This document shows positions 56,255 through 62,933 of a DNA stretch of 62,933 bases, in pieces. The translations under genes were made by a program, and so were the position numbers. This DNA is from Craspedostauros australis (Eukaryota), in assembly GCA_030167865.1 (NCBI GenBank), contig JALAGF010006708.1:1-62933 (forward strand), in the 5' to 3' direction. A model generated the notes under the pieces. The model searched no databases. It was not told the DNA's origin and worked only from the letters and a program-made list of their open reading frames with translations. How positions within the stretch are numbered: the stretch's first letter is position 1; the number at the start of each line of letters is the position of its first letter.

Positions 56255-57064
56255 TTAGACGCACGTTGACTCGCAGCTCAATTCAAAGACGTGCTGAAAG
56301 GTGGGCCATTCGATCGTGGTATCTGCGAAGCAAGACTTGGGAATCGTGGTGGTGGCATGGTCCTCGTCATGTTGCGGACCGCGCACGTAGACTGAGACGG
56401 TGGTAGTCGAAGATTGGCCGCATTGGGCCGTGAAGGTTTCTTCGGCTGTCTCATTCTCTCCGAGATCGACGTGCAGGAAACAGGCGGTGGCGCCACTCGT
56501 TTGGTATACGGTGTAGACTTCGGACGTGCCGTCTTCGGGTGACCAGACGTTCTGGATTTGGAATTGGACTTGGGATCCGGTCTGGCGCGTGATCTGGATC
56601 GGCGGAGTTGTGTACTGCGCATCGTTGGTGGAAGAAACGAAGCGCAAGTCCTGCGCGCACAGATTGGTTTCAGCTATCGTTTCCAAGATCTTGTTGGCAC
56701 CACGCAGAGGGTGGCTGGTAACGAGAACAGCGGCGTCTTTGTCGATCACGTCGTTCTCGGCATCGTCGTTTCCAATATCGAAGAGTCCGCTATCCGCATC
56801 GAACGTGGCGTCGGCATCGTCCGAGTCGGAAGGGGTGTCATTGTCTACGGACTTGAGCTCCTCGTCCTGCAAGTTGCTCGCAGCACTCCCGAAGTTGAAT
56901 CTGTGGACGGAATCCTGCCCGAACGTCAAGGATACGCCGTGCGGTTCGGGACCATCGTTGTCGACGCCGATTGCGTCGGCCAAGGCGGTATGTTGGTTGG
57001 CTTGGAAGCCGATCGCCAAAGTGGCTGTGAGCCACGTGAAGATTGATCTGTGGTGGAACATCAT
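56255..57064 (-). CDS. Secreted acidic protein with C-terminal Cys-containing beta-rich domain
   Basis: Signal peptide ending ALA-D, acidic linker, then PIQITRQTGSQVQFQIQNVW...FTAQC...IPKSC...FELSCESTCV. Confidence 0.72.
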   Translation of the reverse strand: MMFHHRSIFTWLTATLAIGFQANQHTALADAIGVDNDGPEPHGVSLTFGQDSVHRFNFGSAASNLQDEELKSVDNDTPSDSDDADATFDADSGLFDIGNDDAENDVIDKDAAVLVTSHPLRGANKILETIAETNLCAQDLRFVSSTNDAQYTTPPIQITRQTGSQVQFQIQNVWSPEDGTSEVYTVYQTSGATACFLHVDLGENETAEETFTAQCGQSSTTTVSVYVRGPQHDEDHATTTIPKSCFADTTIEWPTFQHVFELSCESTCV

Positions 57065-57621
57065 GATGCTACTATTGATTTTGCTTTCTGGTCGAGTGCG
57101 TGGAAAGATTATGAGCTTGTAGGGGGCAAGCGAGCAATGCGTGGCCAGATGACGGAGAACATGAAGTGAAGCGATGTATACGCAGCAATCGAGGTGGATG
57201 GGGTCGCTCGAACATTATTCGGCCGTGCACCCTGATCCAAGTATCCATTCGGCGGTCATCGGCGGCAGTTTTGGATAGTTTCGCTCGAACGGGCGATCCG
57301 GAGACAGCACAATGTATTCCACACAACGATGGTGGGTATCCGCTTGGCAAGTCCGTGGCACGCAAATCGTTGACACAACGAAGGCCGATCCGATCCATCC
57401 ATGCTCAACTAGCCTATGGTCGGGATGAGAGCCAGATGCGTGCGCATGCGCATTCGTGCACAGTACCAATGCGGATGGCTCAAAGGGCATTGCGTTGGGT
57501 GTTGCGGAGACTAATTCCGTTGTTTGATTCTATGCGATGCCCTACTTTGGGATCATGTCAGCATCTCTGCCTTCTCCTCCTCTCTTCATCTCTCATTCTC
57601 TGCCATGCTCCATCATTCTCC

Positions 57622-58134
57622 CTAACCTTTATACGTGATGGCCCAGGCATCCTCATCGGCGGTGTCGCTCTCAGTGACAATGGAATTGACCGGCTTTCGT
57701 CGGTACTTCAAGATCTCCGGCCGCGGAATGATGGCGCCGCTCTTCTTCGATATGCGGACCTTCTCGCCGCTGTCCAGAACCTTCTTGTATATGCGCGTGG
57801 GAATCCCCTTGACAGGATCCACGAGGCTGACGTTGGAGTAGTGGATCGTGCGTTCGGACGAGATGGTCTTGCCTGGGATGCCCCTCTCCTTGTCGCCTCT
57901 GACGTTCTTCGCTCCCATGTTGACGCCTTCCACTATGACGCGATCCAGCTTCCGCAGCACCTCCTTGATGACACCCTGCTTGCCGCTCTCCGGATGCCTG
58001 CCGATGACCTGCACCTTGTCGCCGCGCACGATGTCCCATCTCGTCTTCTTCGCAGCCTCGCGCAGCTGCGGCGAAGGCTTGCCCTGCTGCGCGATGCGCT
58101 GCGCGATCTTGTTCAGGCGGTTTCTGGCCGACAT
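57622..58134 (-). CDS. MRPL24: Organellar (probably mitochondrial) ribosomal protein uL24
   Basis: KOW motif WDIVRGDKVQVIG, GKQGVI, VIVEGVN, IHYSNVSLVDP, KVRISKKSGAIIPRP. Confidence 0.9.
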   Translation of the reverse strand: MSARNRLNKIAQRIAQQGKPSPQLREAAKKTRWDIVRGDKVQVIGRHPESGKQGVIKEVLRKLDRVIVEGVNMGAKNVRGDKERGIPGKTISSERTIHYSNVSLVDPVKGIPTRIYKKVLDSGEKVRISKKSGAIIPRPEILKYRRKPVNSIVTESDTADEDAWAITYKG

Positions 58135-58865
58135 GTCTGTTCTGTCTTTGACGCGGTTGCTGTCCGTCTCTGTTTGGTCTTCGCCGTCAGCAAAGATGCT
58201 GAGATGCTGCGTCGATCTGTTCCTGGACTGTGCTGTCCTTTTCAAGAGCTCAACAGCTTCTGTTTGTGTGGGTGTCGGTGTTGGCCTCGTCGACCGTGGA
58301 GTGTTGTGGTGTGATGGGTGTGGATGTGTTGGATGTGTCTGCACTTCGACCGGATGACTGTTCCAAGCAGGTAGCAATTATCAATTTATCATTGATCCAT
58401 AAACAATGGATATTTTGCCGTAACCCCAGGAAGATATTGCTTTGTGGTGTGAGAAAAAGGATCCTCCTTGGTTGGTGTGGCTGGTTGGTACTCATGTCGC
58501 GGAGTCCATCATTTTTCAGTCGGCAGGACTTGGGCGTAGTCTTCACAACCCACAAGAAGTCGCTTTCTCTCTCTCTCTCTCTCTCTCCATGTGCCTACGA
58601 ACATGGAGACTTACTATACATATGAATGAAACTGATTTCCGCATTGTAGCGCAGCGAAGTTGCATGAAAACCTGAAAACACCGCTGCAATGGGGTGCTTT
58701 GGTTGAGGATCTCAACATTATAGCCACCGAAGGAGGGTTCATAAAACAACGCAACACAGCACAGTGCTTGGCCTTGGTTTGGAGAAAAGGCCACAAACAA
58801 TAATACCAAGGATATATCCAACACAAAGCAATTGGCCAGAGCAGTCAACAAACGACCCCGCAATC

Positions 58866-60191
58866 ATGTCATGGATCACTCCTGAACAGCTGATCATCGC
58901 TGCAAAACAAGGGAGCGTTGCCACCATCAGGGAATGGTGGCAATCGGAGCCTGGCATACATGTCGACATGATCATGGGCCCCGATGAATCTCCCCTGCTT
59001 CACATCGCGTGTGGAAGAGGGAACTTGGACGTCATGAACTACTTGGTGCGAACGTGCCATGCAACCGTCGATATCAAAAACAATGATGGTAACACGACGC
59101 TCATCTACGCAATCAAGATGAGAAACATGGATGCGATCAAGTGTCTGGTGGAATCATGTTGTGCAGACGTCAATGCCAAAGATAGTATGGGATACACGCC
59201 ACTCCACTGTGCTGCCACACACCGTCAGCTTCACATTGTCAAGTATCTGGTGGAATTGGGCAAAGCAGACATCACAGTCTGCAATAACGACAACCAAACA
59301 CCATGGCAGGTTGCCAAACTTACGGACTCTAATCCTTGCACAGAGTACTTGTCGACTTGCTCCCAACAAACGGAGTCGAAGAAAGTGGAAGCAATCCGAG
59401 CAAAAGAAGCACTGCTTCAACTGAGCCATCGCAACATCGACCACCACAAAGTCTGCGCACTCAAAAACAGCACCATGGCCGATCTCACCTTCCTCGCCGG
59501 TCGCGACGATCAACAGCAAGCAATCAAGGCATGCAGCGCGGTTCTGTTGACTTCAGTGCCGTCCATCGAAGCGTTGCTCAATGAAAGCATTCAGAATCAA
59601 GCTGAAACAGGCGATGCCCCCACTACCGTCAACACCGGCACCGACACTCAGTGTACCATCTCTCTCCCTGACTGCAATCCCACACATGTTCGATGCGTGC
59701 TGCAGTACATCTACTCAGGTGATGCGTCATGCCTGGATGGCGACAACATGACCAACGCGGATGACCTACAGCAACTTGTCGTGGTTGCATGCCGCTTTCG
59801 TTGCTGGCAGCTCAAGATCATCGTTGAAGCCAAGCTGGTTGATGAGCACCTATCGCAAGACACCTTGGTCGATCTGTTGCTCTTTGCGAATCAGTACAAC
59901 TGCATGATTCTGAAGGAAGAAGCCATGAAAATGGCAGCGAAAGATACAAACGCGCTGGTTGACGATCCACAGTTTTTCAAACTGGCTGGATGTGCCGATT
60001 TGATGAAGGAGATTCATCTCGCTCGCAAAAGCATCAAACCGATCGGCACCCACAATGACGAGTACGACAGCATGTCCTTGATGGAGCTGTACACTTTCTT
60101 GAATGAATGCAAGGACGTACACTTGGAGTCCGACATGGATCGTTCAGCCTTGCTTGATCTGGTTCGGAAGGCCGCAGCGGCAAAGAAGTAA
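58866..60191 (+). CDS. Ankyrin repeat + BTB/POZ protein
   Basis: Ankyrin repeats followed by BTB DLTFLAG...LPDCNP...VLQYIYSG; collinear with 36677-37990. Confidence 0.85.
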   Translation: MSWITPEQLIIAAKQGSVATIREWWQSEPGIHVDMIMGPDESPLLHIACGRGNLDVMNYLVRTCHATVDIKNNDGNTTLIYAIKMRNMDAIKCLVESCCADVNAKDSMGYTPLHCAATHRQLHIVKYLVELGKADITVCNNDNQTPWQVAKLTDSNPCTEYLSTCSQQTESKKVEAIRAKEALLQLSHRNIDHHKVCALKNSTMADLTFLAGRDDQQQAIKACSAVLLTSVPSIEALLNESIQNQAETGDAPTTVNTGTDTQCTISLPDCNPTHVRCVLQYIYSGDASCLDGDNMTNADDLQQLVVVACRFRCWQLKIIVEAKLVDEHLSQDTLVDLLLFANQYNCMILKEEAMKMAAKDTNALVDDPQFFKLAGCADLMKEIHLARKSIKPIGTHNDEYDSMSLMELYTFLNECKDVHLESDMDRSALLDLVRKAAAAKK

Positions 60192-61359
60192 GAAGTGAGA
60201 TCCTCGATGATGGCACGATCCCCTTCGATAACCCCTTTGGGATGAATAAGTAAAGAGTTATACGAGCACATAGTCGTAGTGTGCCACCAAACAACATCGA
60301 TGATATCTCTCCGCGATTCCGAGCAGAGAGAGAGAGGCAGAGAGCCACGGGCGCATGGTACAACCTGTTGGATGTTGGAGGTGTCCGCGGTTCGACGAGA
60401 CGCAAGGTACTCACGTCTACTCTGTTGAAGTACCATTTTGTCATTGCTTCCGCATCTTTTGTTGCATTTGCTGCCAGTCCGAGAGCAGAAGCGGAAGAGA
60501 ACACGAGTCAGATCCACGAGAAACAAGCAAACCGAACCCTTCCCGAAGAAAGGCAAAGGAGGACAACGGAACAGCAACTGCCCACCTCCGCCACGACGAG
60601 GATGCTTTGGTTGAGGATCTTGACATGATGCCCGAGACGTGGAAACACGCGCAGTGTACCAGCACATAGGACCCCATTCAGGATACGATAGTACATTCTT
60701 GCCGATTTTTAATTCGAGGACAGATTTCATCCTATTATGTTGTGGAGGTTATATTTGTGAAATATTAGACGCCTGGACCTTATAGTTAAAAAGTTTATAT
60801 TTTTCGCACTAATCTACGACTAGAAACGAAAGGCATGCGGACGCAGAAGGGCAAATTGTGTTGGGAATCACCAGTCGTGCTTCAGCTTGCTGTCCAGTCG
60901 TGCCCTTGATTGACAGACTCACATTTCGCGTGGGCAAGGCGGTTGGGTGCGAAGAGACGTCGAGGATTGCGCGGTAGCAGTAGGCATGGTGATGATGATG
61001 CTCCATCTGGGCTGTGGATCAGTGGTCGAAATCCAGAGTTGTGGGTTGGTGGGTAGTCCAGATCTTCACCCCCGCCTTGACTTTCACACTGCCTTGTTCT
61101 CGGTTCTGCTCCCGTTCATGCCCTGGGACGTTGAGCTTCGTCCATGTCTCAATCAGCACACACTGCCTTCCCTCCATATGCACACTCTATCCCTTCATGA
61201 CCCAGAGATAATTCTACTATTATATCGTATATCTCGACACCGTGTTAATTTTTGAACGCGTTTGTCCTACCACGGCCTACGTAAAAACTAAATGGGTACC
61301 ATCGTTTACTAGTGCTATCGTCGGGAATCACTGAAGTTTTGTTTTACCATACTTCATCA

Positions 61360-62933
61360 CCTTCCATGGTATATACCCCAATGGTCTTTGCAGACATGGA
61401 CTCTACACAAGCTGCAGATCCGTTTGACCCTCTTGGGAGTGTTTTCTTCTAGGCCAGTAATTTTTTGTGGCCTTCAAGTAGCAGCAATATTGGCAAAGTC
61501 ATTGCTTTCCATCTTCGTCGATTATCTGTCTGTGGTCTTTATACACACCCATGAACCTATCCTTGCTCAACACTGGTTGATTATTGTTCATCCTTATCCT
61601 TGTTCTTATCTCCTTTGGGATTCTCCTTGCCCTCCTTGTGCCACGGACTTTGCAGGTCCTCGCTTTCAACACCAGTGCTTCCACCATTGCCAAGCCATAT
61701 GATTTGTGATCCATTCAATCCTCCTCCTCCACAAGGTGACTGTGCGNNNNNNNNNNNNNNNNNNNNNNNNNNNNNNNNNNNNNNNNNNNNNNNNNNNNNN
61801 NNNNNNNNNNNNNNNNNNNNNNNNNNNNNNNNNNNNNNNNNNNNNNNNNNNNNNNNNNNNNNNNNNNNNNNNNNNNNNNNNNNNNNNNNNNNNNNNNNNN
61901 NNTGATTGTAGTCATCAATCATTTTTGAGATCCTGTTTGCAGCATTCCAGTCATCACCCCAGACAGTCTTCAGATGGTTCTTGTTCATTGTGGTCTGTTG
62001 TGGTTGATGTTGATTCTTTGCGACTGTCTCATTTGCATAATGGACTGTACTCACCATGAGCACCACATTGTTGTCCACCCATCAAGTAATGACACACTTG
62101 TCACTCTCTGTCCAGATGTACAGAGAGTTGAAGCGATCATCTTTGATGTCCTTCATTTCCTTGGGAGGGAATCCACAACAATTCCTTGCAGTTCCCACAA
62201 TGCCCACTCCCATCTCCCTCAACTTCTCNNNNNNNNNNNNNNNNNNNNNNNNNNNNNNNNNNNNNNNNNNNNNNNNNNNNNNNNNNNNNNNNNNNNNNNN
62301 NNNNNNNNNNNNNNNNNNNNNNNNNNNNNNNNNNNNNNNNNNNNNNNNNNNNNNNNACAACATGCTTGTCAGCAGGATTGAGTTTGGCAAGCAGCTCTGT
62401 GACGGTGTTGTTGATCCTGGTGGTTTTGTCCAGGCGCCCCGATGGCAGCACATGGAACATGAACCCCGAGGCTGAGCAACAAAGGGAATAGAATTTGTAG
62501 CCTTCCTTGATTGGCTTCTGCTGCATGCNNNNNNNNNNNNNNNNNNNNNNNNNNNNNNNNNNNNNNNNNNNNNNNNNNNNNNNNNNNNNNNNNNNNNNNN
62601 NNNNNNNNNNNNNNNNNNNNNNNNNNNNNNNNNNNNNNNNNNNNNNNNNNNNNNNNNNNNNNNNNNNNNNNNNNNNNNNNNNNNNNNNNNNNNNNNNNNN
62701 NNNNNNNNGTTGTGATAGTGTGGATGCTCTTGCCTCCCTGCTTGGGATCTGTGGGCTACCAGCAGCATGCTCCTCAGCTTCTGGTGGCAATCCTTCTGAC
62801 ACTCCTGATGCATTCCATTCCCAAGCTGGAACAAAGTCCATGGGGCTCATGTCATCCTCAGCTTCTGGTGGTTCAGCTGTAGTCTCCACCAACAATTCAG
62901 ACACTTTGTCCAAGGTTGGCAATGCAGTGAAGT
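61360..62933 (-). mobile_element. Degenerate piggyBac-family DNA transposon (transposase pseudogene), interrupted by N gaps
   Basis: Fragments MQQKPIKEGYKFYSLC, LREMGVGIVGTAR, *WVDNNVVLMVSTVH, MIDDYN and Cys-rich tail CQYC...CSLCRVHVCKDH, with stops. Gaps at 61747-61902, 62229-62356 and 62529-62708. Termini not identified. Confidence 0.87.

Noticed and set aside
60700..61360. piggyBac terminal inverted repeat and TTAA target site
   Set aside because: TTAA occurs (60786, 61245) but without a convincing CCC-type terminus, and the other end is outside the window.

Overview
Gene-dense eukaryotic nuclear DNA with short GT-AG introns. Several proteins have signal-peptide + Phe (ASAFAP-type) bipartite plastid presequences, so this is most likely a diatom (inferred). 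About 25 protein genes can be supported, including PAM68, ALG8, a RING-H2 ligase, monomeric IDH, a PPP phosphatase, a CHASE hybrid histidine kinase, DNA polymerase eta, a Popeye/CNBD protein, a sulfotransferase, DNAJC3, a START-like protein, an alpha-CA-like protein, the Rieske ISP, dymeclin, uL24 and two ankyrin-BTB paralogs. A CpG-decayed piggyBac relic with assembly gaps lies at the right end. The ORF track misses two genes. (1) A two-exon thioredoxin-like selenoprotein gene (41152-41885, minus) has a UxxC motif (EWSG-U-QGC), a SECOND in-frame UGA, and a well-paired 3'UTR SECIS hairpin with AG where AA is usual. (2) A >1048-aa ORF (3144 to <1, minus) has a plastid-type presequence, a P-loop NTPase and a restriction-endonuclease-like C-terminus (Crinkler/RHS-like architecture), next to a tandem paralog encoding only the N-terminal header. 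All family calls come from manual translation and motif recognition; no database searches were run.
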